From: Candidatus Peregrinibacteria bacterium
GTDB lineage: Bacteria > Patescibacteriota > Gracilibacteria > UBA1369
Assembly: GCA_963708185.1 (NCBI GenBank)
Contig: OY970195.1
Location: 1,120,001 to 1,184,000, forward strand
Length of the DNA: 64,000 bases
Direction of reading: 5' to 3'
Made by a program: the position numbers and the translations under genes. Positions within the stretch are counted from its first letter, which is position 1, and the number at the start of each line of letters is the position of its first letter. This document shows positions 9,174 through 19,400 of the stretch, in pieces. A model generated the notes under the pieces. That model was given only the letters and a program-made list of their open reading frames with translations, did not search any database and had not been told where the DNA came from.

Positions 9174-10745
9174 TTACTGCTCCAGGCCGTCGAGATCGGG
9201 CATTTTTTTCTGTTCCCCTGCGGGGAGCGGTTTCGGTTTGCGGATGAGGGCGAGCATGTCCGGCGTGATGGCTTTGGTGAGGAGCAGCAGTGCCCCGTAA
9301 ATGACCGCTCCCAAAGGAATCAGCACAAAGACGCTTTTGTTCTGGATGTATTGCTGAAAAAAAGGTTCCATCCAGCGGATGGCCAAAGCCATGACGACGG
9401 CTGCAAAAAGCGCCTTTAAACTGTTTTTGAGTTTGATGGTGAACTTGAGATAGTGGCGTGCAATCAGATACGAAGCGATTGCCACATAACATTCCGTGAT
9501 GACGTTATCAAATGCCGCGGCGCGGACACCGAAATGCGGGATGAGCGTGAAGTCGAGGATGACGGTGAGACACGCGCCGATGGCGTTGCGGGTCAGAATT
9601 TTCATCTGACGGTTGTCGGCGACAAGGATGAATCCGAAGAGGCTGTTGATGAAGGAAAAGGCCAACGCGAAAATGAGAATGGGCAGCACCGCGTCGGATC
9701 CGTAAAAGCCGGTGGCGGGGTTGCTCAAGAAGTCAGGGCTGCTGATGAGATAAATGATGGGGTAGGACAGCGCGAAGGTCCCGGCGACGATGGGCATGCT
9801 GCCCATCACGAGGAAATCGAAGGCGTACTGGATGATCTTCTGGTGACTGCCGTCTTTGCGGGCGATGGCACGGGTGAGCACCGGCAAAACGGCGTTCATG
9901 AAGTAGAGCGGAACCACGCCGACGGCTTCAAGCATGCGCATCGGTACCCCGTAAACGCCAACTTCCGCCTTGGTGCGAAGGATGGAAAGCGAGAAAGATC
10001 CGATGCGGAAATAGATGGTGTTCAAGATAAGCGCCACGCCGTATGGAAGCGCTTTGACGATGACGTCCTTCAAGAAAGCCTTGTCGAAACGGAAATGGAT
10101 CGGACTGAACTTTCTGGCATAAAAAAGCGTCACGAAGAACATGGCGGCGTTCCCCACGATGCCCGCGAAGACGATGTGGTAGAAACCCACGTCGATGTTC
10201 GCCGGATGCAAAAAGTAGATGACGAAAACGATGTAGCCCAGGTTGATGAACTTGCCGATGACCGAGGCGAGCGAGTTGTATTCCATCTTCAGATACACCT
10301 GCAAGACCGCCGATACGATACTTGTGAGAAGATTGAAAAATGCCGCGGCGCTGGCGAGCCAGACCGCCAGCGGGATGTGCGAGTTCTGATATTGAGGGAT
10401 GAACTGGGCGACCATGCCGGCCACGCAGATGATGAAAATGGAAAAAGCCGTACGAACCGTCAGGATGTTGCCCATGATCATGGGGATTTTTTCGTTGTCC
10501 TTGGCCATTTCGCGGATACCGATGGTGTAGAGGCCGAGGTCTGAGATGATGGTGAAAAGCGCAAGATAATCAAAAGCCGCCGTGTACTCTCCGTATCCGG
10601 TGGTGTTGAGATAGTTCGTGATGAGTTTGATGATGACCACCCCGAGGATGGCGATCACCGCTTTGCCGATGATCTGCGCGACGGTGTTCCAGAGAATTTT
10701 TCGGGCGGTCGATGAGCCTCCTGAAGCGGCGTTTGCTGCGGTCAT
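9174..10745 (-). CDS. Polysaccharide flippase (Wzx/MOP family)
   Basis: KILWNTVAQIIGK start, many TM helices, DLGL and EVGVYG motifs; start ATG 10745. Confidence 0.85.
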   Translation of the reverse strand: MTAANAASGGSSTARKILWNTVAQIIGKAVIAILGVVIIKLITNYLNTTGYGEYTAAFDYLALFTIISDLGLYTIGIREMAKDNEKIPMIMGNILTVRTAFSIFIICVAGMVAQFIPQYQNSHIPLAVWLASAAAFFNLLTSIVSAVLQVYLKMEYNSLASVIGKFINLGYIVFVIYFLHPANIDVGFYHIVFAGIVGNAAMFFVTLFYARKFSPIHFRFDKAFLKDVIVKALPYGVALILNTIYFRIGSFSLSILRTKAEVGVYGVPMRMLEAVGVVPLYFMNAVLPVLTRAIARKDGSHQKIIQYAFDFLVMGSMPIVAGTFALSYPIIYLISSPDFLSNPATGFYGSDAVLPILIFALAFSFINSLFGFILVADNRQMKILTRNAIGACLTVILDFTLIPHFGVRAAAFDNVITECYVAIASYLIARHYLKFTIKLKNSLKALFAAVVMALAIRWMEPFFQQYIQNKSVFVLIPLGAVIYGALLLLTKAITPDMLALIRKPKPLPAGEQKKMPDLDGLEQ

Positions 10746-10836
10746 AATTTGGTCAATAAAGCTTGAACAGAGTAGCCGAAATCCTTTCAAAATACCAGGC
10801 ATTATGGCTACAGGCCGCTCATGCTATAATCTCCTC

Positions 10837-11931
10837 ATGCACGAATACAAGCAAAAGCTGGAAACGATCAAAAGCGAGGTCGATCACGCCGTCAAAAAAG
10901 TAAATGTTCCGTCGCTCGAGGGAAAGATCAAGCTGCTGACCGAAGCCACGCAAAAGCCGGACTTCTGGCAGCACCAGGAAGAGGCGCAGCGCATCACCAA
11001 AGAGATCAACGGCCTGCAGAAAGAGGTCGATTCCTGGAAAAAAATCCAGGGCGACTGCAGTGAACTGAGCGGTCTTCTGCCTTCGATCAAGCCGGAAGAC
11101 GACCCGGAATCCGCGGAAGAGTTCAAGAAAATGGTGGACGATCTTGAAGCGCAATGGCACAAACTTGAAATCAAAACGTTTCTCAACGGCAAGTATGACA
11201 CCTGTAACGTCATCTTGAGCATCCATGCCGGCACCGGCGGGAAAGACGCCCAGGACTGGGCCGAAATGCTGCTGCGTATGTACGTCCGCTATGCAGAACG
11301 CGAGGGTTTCGACGTCCAGATGTTCGACAAATCTTTGGGAGAAGAAGTGGGCATCAAAAGCGCCACGGTTTTCATCAAAGGCCATCTCGCGTACGGTTAC
11401 TTGAAGCGGGAGCGCGGCGTGCACCGGCTGGTTCGCCAGTCTCCTTTCAACGCCAAGCACAGCCGTGAAACGTCGTTCGCTTTCGTGGACGTCCTGCCCG
11501 AAATTCCAGAAGAGGAAGCTCCGGAAATCCGCAAAGATGATTTACGAATCGATACGTTCCGCTCCGGCGGCGCGGGCGGTCAGAACGTCAACAAAACGTC
11601 TTCGGCGGTGCGCATCACCCATATTCCCACGGGGATCGTGGTGGTATGCCAGGACGAACGCAGTCAGTTGCAAAACAAGGAACGTGCCATGAAAATCCTT
11701 CACGCCAAACTCGTGGACTTAATGGAAAAACAGAAGGTCACGGAACTCAACGAACTGAAGGGGGAACGCGTGGAAATCGCCTGGGGAAACCAGATCCGGT
11801 CCTATGTTCTGCATCCCTACACCATGGTCAAAGATCACCGCAACGGCCATGAGGAACACAACGCAGAAGCCGTCCTGGACGGTGATCTCGACGGGTTTAT
11901 CGAGGCGGAACTTAAAGGCGTGCGGGAGTAA
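10837..11931 (+). CDS. prfB: Peptide chain release factor 2 (no programmed frameshift)
   Basis: SPF anticodon mimic (VRQSPFN), GGQ motif, WGNQIRSYV; continuous ORF from ATG 10837. Confidence 0.95.
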   Translation: MHEYKQKLETIKSEVDHAVKKVNVPSLEGKIKLLTEATQKPDFWQHQEEAQRITKEINGLQKEVDSWKKIQGDCSELSGLLPSIKPEDDPESAEEFKKMVDDLEAQWHKLEIKTFLNGKYDTCNVILSIHAGTGGKDAQDWAEMLLRMYVRYAEREGFDVQMFDKSLGEEVGIKSATVFIKGHLAYGYLKRERGVHRLVRQSPFNAKHSRETSFAFVDVLPEIPEEEAPEIRKDDLRIDTFRSGGAGGQNVNKTSSAVRITHIPTGIVVVCQDERSQLQNKERAMKILHAKLVDLMEKQKVTELNELKGERVEIAWGNQIRSYVLHPYTMVKDHRNGHEEHNAEAVLDGDLDGFIEAELKGVRE

Positions 11932-11934
11932 TAT

Positions 11935-12047
11935 GCAGCGATTGAGTACTTCGCGAAAAGACGCGGTTATTTCGTTTGCCGGCGAAATGCCGCTCTCGCT
12001 CGGCCTTGGCCTCCGCGGCGCTTTTCTTGCAAGTACTCAATCGTTGC
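11935..12047. repeat. Palindromic intergenic element with 17-bp terminal inverted repeats
   Basis: GCAGCGATTGAGTACTT (11935-11951) pairs with AAGTACTCAATCGTTGC (12031-12047), one G-T; inner GAAAAG/CTTTTC arm. Confidence 0.75.
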
Positions 12048-12080
12048 CTTTATACTTCCTTTGAATTTATTTTTGTTCTT

Positions 12081-12587
12081 ATGGGACTCTTAAGGATGGA
12101 ACACGGCAAGGATAATCTTATTTTGCGGACGGTTTCCAAGCCCGTCTCAAAGTTCGACCGGAAACTTTCAAAATTCATCGAAGACATGAAAGTGACGATG
12201 GACCATGAAAAGGGCGTGGGATTGGCGGCACCGCAGGTCGGCGTGAACGATCGTGTGGTTATCTGTAAATTCAACCATGACACGCCTCACGAGATGATCG
12301 TCGGCATGGTCAATCCCGTCATCACCAAAAAAGCGGAGGAGATGATTCTGGGCGAAGAAGGGTGCCTGAGCCTCCCGGGGAAATATGACTCCATCGCACG
12401 CCACGCAGCGCTGACGGTGAAATACCAGGACGCGAAAGGACGCGAGAACGTCTTGAAACTCAGCGGCTTCAACGCGCGCATCGTCCAGCACGAAGTCGAT
12501 CATATTGACGCGAAACTCTACATCGATCACCTTCTGGACGAAGCGACGATTGCCCTGAAAAAGGAGGAAGAAAAACGCCAAAAATAA
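12081..12587 (+). CDS. def: Peptide deformylase
   Basis: GVGLAAPQVG, EGCLSLP and QHEVDH motifs; start ATG 12081. Confidence 0.95.
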   Translation: MGLLRMEHGKDNLILRTVSKPVSKFDRKLSKFIEDMKVTMDHEKGVGLAAPQVGVNDRVVICKFNHDTPHEMIVGMVNPVITKKAEEMILGEEGCLSLPGKYDSIARHAALTVKYQDAKGRENVLKLSGFNARIVQHEVDHIDAKLYIDHLLDEATIALKKEEEKRQK

Positions 12588-12682
12588 TCGTCCGGGAGAG
12601 GCTCTGAATATGTCATTTCCCGTTATTTGTACGAATGCCGTATTTTTTTGGCCATCAATTCATTGCACATTGCCGATTTATG

Positions 12683-12719
12683 TTGTTTTATTGTGCTTTT
12701 TATGGTATTATTATGTGAT
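12683..12719 (+). promoter_or_regulatory. Promoter of orphan operon A (paralogous to 22248-22284)
   Basis: TTGTTT-N17-TATTAT; 12689-12719 matches 22254-22284 at 27/31 nt. Confidence 0.7.
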
Positions 12720-12745
12720 ATTTAAAAAACTAAAAAACAAACACT

Positions 12746-13108
12746 ATGGCTACAACTTCACCTTTGGACCAGCAAGCTTTTTCCATCAAAAAATTTAAAA
12801 GTTTATTTTATACCTCGCCGGCACGGCAGTTCATGTCTGACATGGACATCGAACAGGTGCGTAAAGCGATCGAGGATAAGGATATTCTGCTCCTTGGTCA
12901 GCTTTATGAAATTTTGCTTCACGAGCAGGTCACGAACGAAAACGTTATCCGCGATTTTGTGATGACCAAAAACAAAATCCTCGACGGGTTCACCGCTGAC
13001 GCCATGTCCATTGAAAAGAGATTCGTTGAAGCTCCGCGAAAAGAGAGGGCTGAAAAAGCAGAAAGAAAAGAGCAGAAGAAAGCGGAGGAAATTCTCAAAA
13101 AACTTTAA
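12746..13108 (+). CDS. Small helical protein, family S copy 1
   Basis: 120 aa, ends ERKEQKKAEEILKKL*; paralogous C-terminus with 20794, 22305, 24310. Confidence 0.8.
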   Translation: MATTSPLDQQAFSIKKFKSLFYTSPARQFMSDMDIEQVRKAIEDKDILLLGQLYEILLHEQVTNENVIRDFVMTKNKILDGFTADAMSIEKRFVEAPRKERAEKAERKEQKKAEEILKKL

Positions 13109-13137
13109 AATTTTTATTAAAACTAAAACAAAAAAAT

Positions 13138-16100
13138 ATGAAAAATTTTTTCCATTTAACGGGCAGGTCTCTTTACGGATTCCAGCAGCATAACCGTTTC
13201 GTTTTCCAGGATGGGGGCCAGACCGAATCCTTCGCGCTTGCAGGTATAGAGGCAGGCCAAGAAAAACAATTATCTCCGGAAAATGGGAAGGAGGCTCTTG
13301 TTGCCCAATACAAACAGGCCAAGGAAACGATCGACAGCCAGGCGGCTCAATACAAAAAAAAGTTTGAAGGGAAAGAGGATGGTGATAAAGCCCAGGCAGC
13401 AATTGAAAAAGCCCGCGGAGATGCTCAAGAAAAATTAGCGGCATCGTATAACCAGATGGTCGGACAGTTGGAAAAAAATTCCGAGACGACGGCAAACGAA
13501 CAGGTAAACGCCATCATTTCCTACCGCAAGGAAAAAGCAGAAGGTAAATACAACGACGCCCTCATCTATGAGACAGTCCCGGGAAAGGCCGGCTTTACAT
13601 GGAGCCCGAAGGGCAAAGTCGGTGCAGATAAAAGCAACGAATGGAACCATCTGGGTGAGGGTGATTTCAAAGTGGCGCTGACCGCAATGATTAAAGCCGT
13701 CTACGTTGCCGAGGGTCCAAAAGCGGCAGATGATCTTGTCAACAAGATGAAGCACCAAAAGCTGGGGTTTGATGAAATGCAGGCCGATCCAGAATATGCT
13801 TTCGGGCAGGGCACTTACCATGATCCTCCGTTGATCCAGTTCAACCCGGACATGGACAACGACGAAAATGGTAACACACGTAAATTGACCGGTCTTGTTT
13901 TCGGTTACGCTCATGCCGCAAGAAACCGTCTTGAAAATGAGGATGCTCGTGAAGCATATTTTTCCTACCTGGCCAGCTCGGGAAAAAAGGCCGGCGCCGC
14001 ACCGCGATCCATGGATCCGGACGACATATTGACTCCCGACCAGTGGCTTGCACAGTCCGGGAATGAAAAATACCTCGGTGCCGCCAAAAAACTCGATGAA
14101 GAAAAACTCAACGAGGAACGGACCGCTCAAGTGGACGATTACCTCGGCAAACTTTCGAACACTAAACAACGTGGAGAATTAAAAGGCCTTCTTCTTGGAC
14201 GTTTGCAGGGAGAAAGCGATCCCAAAAAATGGAACCAGATCATGCGCGAAACTTCCGCCAGTGCATTTGGGATGACCCTTGATGTATACAGCAAAACCGA
14301 ATGGTCTGATCTTGATAAATCCCATCGTTCCAGCATCGATGATTTTGTGAAAAAAGCGCAGGCCAATATGGGGAAATATGTCCTGGAAGAAGGCCAGAAC
14401 CATGACGGTAAATCCGCCGGATATGTTGCGGGCCTTTTGATGAGGGCGGAAGAAAAATTCAAGGACGATCCCGCGATGCTTGCCAAGTATAAAGAACAAC
14501 TCAAGGCTATCACCGACTCCGAAGATCTCAAGAAAAAAATGGGCGATAATCTTGCGAATTCAGAATATTTTTCAAAAAGAGTGGGCGAAGTTGAAGACAA
14601 CTATTCTGCCAAAAAAGATGCCACCGAGAAGCTGAGCAAAGCGAATGACGCACTTTTCGATATCGTCAAGCAGGAGCTGCCTTCGCCGGATAAATTTGTT
14701 GCCGCTGCCAAAGAAGAAAAGGACGAAAAATACAAAAAAATTGGTGAGAAATACCGCAATCAGGAACGCTATGCCGACGACATGATCGCCAAAATTCCTG
14801 CAGACAAGGTCAAGGAACGCAATTATATCCGCAGTATTTTGATCGCTGCCGTAGGCAGGGAAACCGATCCCGATAAAATCAAGGCCCTGGGCGAAGCGGC
14901 ATTAAAAGATAAAGCCGGATTGAACCTTGATCCGGACAAACTTGGAAGCGTTGATTATGAAAAAAACCTCAAGGCTTTTGTTGATGCTCATACCGACTTT
15001 ACCGAGAATGGCAAAAAAATGGACGACCAGTCCAAAAGTTTGGCGGCAGGCTTGCTTTATGCAGCGGAAGTCAAATACAAGGATGAGCCGAATAAGGATA
15101 AAATCCTTGCCGCATATAAAAAGTATCTCAAGGGGAAAATGGATACTCTCGGTAAGGATTCCGATAACCAGGAAGATATTGAAAAACTCAAGTTGAAGCA
15201 GTCTTTGCTTGAGGATACCATCGATAAGGGAACGAGGGATAAAATCCTTGCCGATATTGATAAACTTCAGACAAAACTCTACAACAAAAGCTGGAATGCT
15301 ATGGCTTGGCCGGATACTTTTAAAGAGGACTTTAGCGACAACGAACAACTCATCACCGATAATAAAAACTTTTTAGATAAACATGGAACCCGGGAAAAGG
15401 TAGGCACTTTTCAGCCCGCAAACCGTGAGATCGATGCAATCCTGGATGAGTTTAAAAAAGACCATGCCGATGCGTATAGCAAGAATGAGGAAACTATCAA
15501 AGGAAAAATTGTCGAGTTCCATAAACGCATGGCGAGCAGAAATACCGATCCGGAAAAAGGAGAGGTGATTAAAACCCCTGGAGAACGGCTCAAACTTCTG
15601 GCAGAACTCCAGGGATATCTCTCGAATATGGCTGATGATGGGGTCGAAGAAAACCAGTATATTGATGCCACAGAAAAATATACTTATACCACAAAGATTC
15701 TTGAGGCATCCACAAATATCAATGAAGCTAAAAAGTATGTTCAGGGAATGGCTGAAGGTCTGGGCTTTGACGTCAAAAAAGACCAAAAGGCGATAGATGC
15801 GCTGAAGGCTGTCAATGACGCGAAACCGGAAGACAGGGCTCATGTTATGGCCGAACAGATTGCCGCACTTTATAAAGATTCTCCAAAACATCCTGAAAAT
15901 CCTTTCACGAAAGAGGATTTCGACGATTACAGCCAGTACATCCTTGATAAAAAGACTGCTCCGAAAACTCCGGGCGGTGGAACGGGTGGAGGCAGAGTCC
16001 CGTCCGTCGGACCTTCGGTTGCGCCGGGCAATGGAACTCCGGGAGGAACAAAAGGCCCGGAAATTGTTTCCAGCGTGAGCATCGACATTAGTGCAGCCCC

Positions 16101-16398
16101 GGTTGAAATCAAAATAGATCATAAGAAAGACCGCATGGAAAAACCTCCCCAATGGCTCGCAGGAAAAAGGGATGACATTCTCAAAAAATACAATCAAGAT
16201 GCCAGAAAAAATGATCTCTACGTGGTTCGGAGAGGGAAAGATGAATATGTGGCAGAGGTTTCGCCACTGATAGATTGGGATGGGAATACTATCGTCAACT
16301 ATTACAACAAACCTCCCGAACAAGGGAAAAAACCTGATGCCGGCGTGAAAGTTGCCAGCGCTGATTCAACGGAAAAACCGGATCCGGATAAAAAGTAA
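13138..16398 (+). CDS. Large orphan protein with RxVF leader and internal helical repeats
   Basis: 1086 aa; starts MKNFFHLTGRSLYGFQQHNRFVFQDGG; three AG(L/Y)..A..Y..YL-type repeats. Confidence 0.85.
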   Translation: MKNFFHLTGRSLYGFQQHNRFVFQDGGQTESFALAGIEAGQEKQLSPENGKEALVAQYKQAKETIDSQAAQYKKKFEGKEDGDKAQAAIEKARGDAQEKLAASYNQMVGQLEKNSETTANEQVNAIISYRKEKAEGKYNDALIYETVPGKAGFTWSPKGKVGADKSNEWNHLGEGDFKVALTAMIKAVYVAEGPKAADDLVNKMKHQKLGFDEMQADPEYAFGQGTYHDPPLIQFNPDMDNDENGNTRKLTGLVFGYAHAARNRLENEDAREAYFSYLASSGKKAGAAPRSMDPDDILTPDQWLAQSGNEKYLGAAKKLDEEKLNEERTAQVDDYLGKLSNTKQRGELKGLLLGRLQGESDPKKWNQIMRETSASAFGMTLDVYSKTEWSDLDKSHRSSIDDFVKKAQANMGKYVLEEGQNHDGKSAGYVAGLLMRAEEKFKDDPAMLAKYKEQLKAITDSEDLKKKMGDNLANSEYFSKRVGEVEDNYSAKKDATEKLSKANDALFDIVKQELPSPDKFVAAAKEEKDEKYKKIGEKYRNQERYADDMIAKIPADKVKERNYIRSILIAAVGRETDPDKIKALGEAALKDKAGLNLDPDKLGSVDYEKNLKAFVDAHTDFTENGKKMDDQSKSLAAGLLYAAEVKYKDEPNKDKILAAYKKYLKGKMDTLGKDSDNQEDIEKLKLKQSLLEDTIDKGTRDKILADIDKLQTKLYNKSWNAMAWPDTFKEDFSDNEQLITDNKNFLDKHGTREKVGTFQPANREIDAILDEFKKDHADAYSKNEETIKGKIVEFHKRMASRNTDPEKGEVIKTPGERLKLLAELQGYLSNMADDGVEENQYIDATEKYTYTTKILEASTNINEAKKYVQGMAEGLGFDVKKDQKAIDALKAVNDAKPEDRAHVMAEQIAALYKDSPKHPENPFTKEDFDDYSQYILDKKTAPKTPGGGTGGGRVPSVGPSVAPGNGTPGGTKGPEIVSSVSIDISAAPVEIKIDHKKDRMEKPPQWLAGKRDDILKKYNQDARKNDLYVVRRGKDEYVAEVSPLIDWDGNTIVNYYNKPPEQGKKPDAGVKVASADSTEKPDPDKK

Positions 16399-16410
16399 CA
16401 TCTCTGCTGC

Positions 16411-19400
16411 ATGCCAGAAAATCTCCAGGAACAACTTGATCAGCGTATTGAAAACAAGGAGCAGGTTTCCGCCCTGGATGCTGCCGATGCCTACGCTCAA
16501 ACCATTGAAAGTCACCGCAGGGAGTACATCGCCAAAGGCGGCACTCCCGAAAATTTTGAAAAGGACGAAAAAGCTTTCGTGGAGAAAGCCCGGGAAATCC
16601 GTAATAAGCAGCTCGACAAGATCGGGCTTTTGAACCAGGACCTGGAACGAAAAAAAATTTCCGTCGTCGACAAGACGAGGACCGCTGAGCGAAAAGAACG
16701 TTATGAAAATGCCCAAAAATACGGCTGGGATACAACCGATCCGGACAAAGAGGGAAACATGGACGATTTTGAAGGCACGGGTGACGACAACAAATGGGGC
16801 TTTGGACGAACGGCTCTTGCCGGTTATGTTTCCGGTTTGCAAATGACCGATCCGGCGATGGCTTCCGAAGCTATGAGAAAAGTGCAAGAAGCCTATAAAA
16901 AAACTTCTTCCTGGGGTGATCATTACGTCAGCAACCAGGATATCCGTGACATTATCGGCAATGAGTATCTTTCACAACTGGAGGGGCACCATTTGACGGA
17001 CCGCGCGATGGCATTTCTGGCTTCCTATTTGCGGCAGGCTGATTCTTTTTTTAAAAATTCCGACGAAAACAATACCTATAAAGGTTATGTCGTCGACGCC
17101 ATCGATGACCGATTGAACTCCACGCAGCAACCCGCCGCCCAGGCGGAACATGAGAGTTCCACCGGATGGGGAATCGGCGGGGGCGTCATCGGAACAGCTC
17201 TTGCCATACCGCTCGGACCTATTGCCCCCATTGGCGGCGCTATTATCGGTTCACAGGCTGGCGGCAGTGAGGTCGAAACGTATGCCAGCAAAAACGCACG
17301 TGCTGAGGCACAGCTCAACGCACTTTCAACAATATTGACCCCCAAGGAGTGGAAGGAAGCCTGGACCCAGCGCCTCAAGAACACCCTGGAACCTTTCAAA
17401 AAACTTTGCGACACCATTGTGGCGGCAAATCCGGAATTTACATTCCAAAACCAGGACGTCAAGGACATGCTCGGCAAAAATGCCGACGACCTGATATATT
17501 CCGATGAAACCAAACTCATTGCGGCCAAGGAGAAAGCGCGCGAGGAGCTTCGCGATTTCATGCAAAAGAAAAAAGACGAGTATTCCGGACAGGTCGAAAG
17601 CAATAAAAAAAGCGCTGCCGACCTCAAGGCCAGATACAAGACTCTCCGCATCCCGACGGTCAGCGATGACGAATGGAGCGCTCTGGATACAAGCCTCAAC
17701 CAGCAGGCACAAGACATGGACTCGATCGCTTTTGTTTCCAACACTTCGATGGAAGACCTTGCCGCGATGTGGGGGAAACTGGTGATGGTCCGGGACGGCA
17801 ACGGCCTTTTGCGCAATCAGTTCGACGCTCTGTCGTCACGCATCAAGGATGCGGAAGAAAAAGAGCCGGCCATCGCAAAATTTACCGCCGACAAAGACCT
17901 TCTCGAGACGTACGATCCCAAGACCAAACAGTTCAGCTATACCGCCAACGGGATGCGCTTTGAAAGTGCAAAGGGGAAAGCGCAGGCGACGTTCGGCAAC
18001 CCGGAAATCAACAAAATTTTTGAAAGCAAAATTTCGCCGTTTTTCACCAATATCATCTCAAAGTACAAACTTTCTTCTGATGAGAAAAAGCATGCGGATG
18101 AGATCATGTCCAAGGCCGACAAGAACGATGAAAAGCAGATGGCCGCGGCGAACAAAGAGGTGATGGAATATGTCATGGAGCGTTTCCAGTCGAGAATGAA
18201 AGCAGACGATAAAGAAAAAATCGACAAGATCAGTGCCCTCATTGATCAGGCTGACAAGGATTCGACCTTCAGTTTTGACCATATGCCTTCGGCGGAAGAG
18301 CTGCAAAAGGCTTACGACGAAAAATTCGTTCCGGCGTGGGAAAAAGCCGCCAAAGATTTTGACGCTCAATACGGCAAGGCCACGGGCGAACAACCTTCGG
18401 GCACGGTGGGCGGCGGGTTTCTTGGCGGAGAAGAAACGCCGGAAACCGCTCCTTCAAGCCTTGATCCTTACAGCGACCATTGGTCCAAAGGAACGGACGT
18501 TCCGCTTGATCCGGACTACAAAGGTTTTACCGGCGGGCTGGAAGTCGCCCCGAACATCGAAGATTTGAAATTCCGCGACGTCAACACCCATAAAATTCTT
18601 CTGGCGGTTCCCGGAGGCACCGGAGCCACCGCCAATGAAATCACTCTTTCAGAGCCCGAAGGCACCATCCACAAGGTGGACAGCCTGAGTTTCGTCAAAG
18701 TCAATTACCAGGGCAAAATCTACTACGCGGCCATGGAGTATCTTCAAAAGAACGACCAGTCGCTTATTGCCGAACGGGAAGCCAAGAATGGATCTCCAAA
18801 GATGCCCGGAACTCCGGCAAATCCCGAGGTCCAGCAGGGGCTGCCGAAAGGTCTTGAATTCCTGGGCAAGGTCAACGGCGAATACCGCGACGCCCTGGAA
18901 AGGATTTTGCGCGACAGCGAAAAACCGGGCGGTGCTCTCTTTGACCTGTATTTCAACAAAAAAACGTTGCCGTGCCGTTTAACCAAAGCTCCCAAAGGAC
19001 AATACATCGTGAACTGGGAAGGCGGTTCGTTCACCTACCGTAACCTGAACGAGGTCATGATCGGCATTAACAACGGCTTTTTGCTTCAACAGATTACGTA
19101 CGGAGCGCTGTTGTCGCCGAAATATTACGAAGCTTACGAAGATAAAATCGACAGTTTCAAGGACGACGTCAAAGCGACGGGCAGACCCGGGGAGGTCTAT
19201 TTTGAACTCGACTGGTCCGGTGCCGGACGCGGCGAAGGAAACGCCCAGGTCTGGGCGACGGCACTGCCGAACGGGCTCGTCAACTATCACATCCACCGTG
19301 ATCACGTGGACATCAACGGGGGCAACGACCGCAATGGCATCGCGGGAAGTTTTGACGATTTCATGCAGCAGATCGCGCACATCAAGGAGTGGTCGGAGTA

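Noticed and set aside
10618-10836. N-terminal extensions in the ORF track for prfB (also murD, def, rpsP, GT4, 22618, 24578, 35941, 41303)
   Set aside because: They overlap neighbouring genes or promoters; family homology begins at the downstream starts used in the feature list.
16396-16411. Stop-codon readthrough fusing the 1086-aa and 1139-aa ORFs (same frame, 12-nt gap)
   Set aside because: The stop is TAA, L1 ends in a natural low-complexity tail like its siblings, and L2 has its own ATG; a shared frame is plausibly chance.
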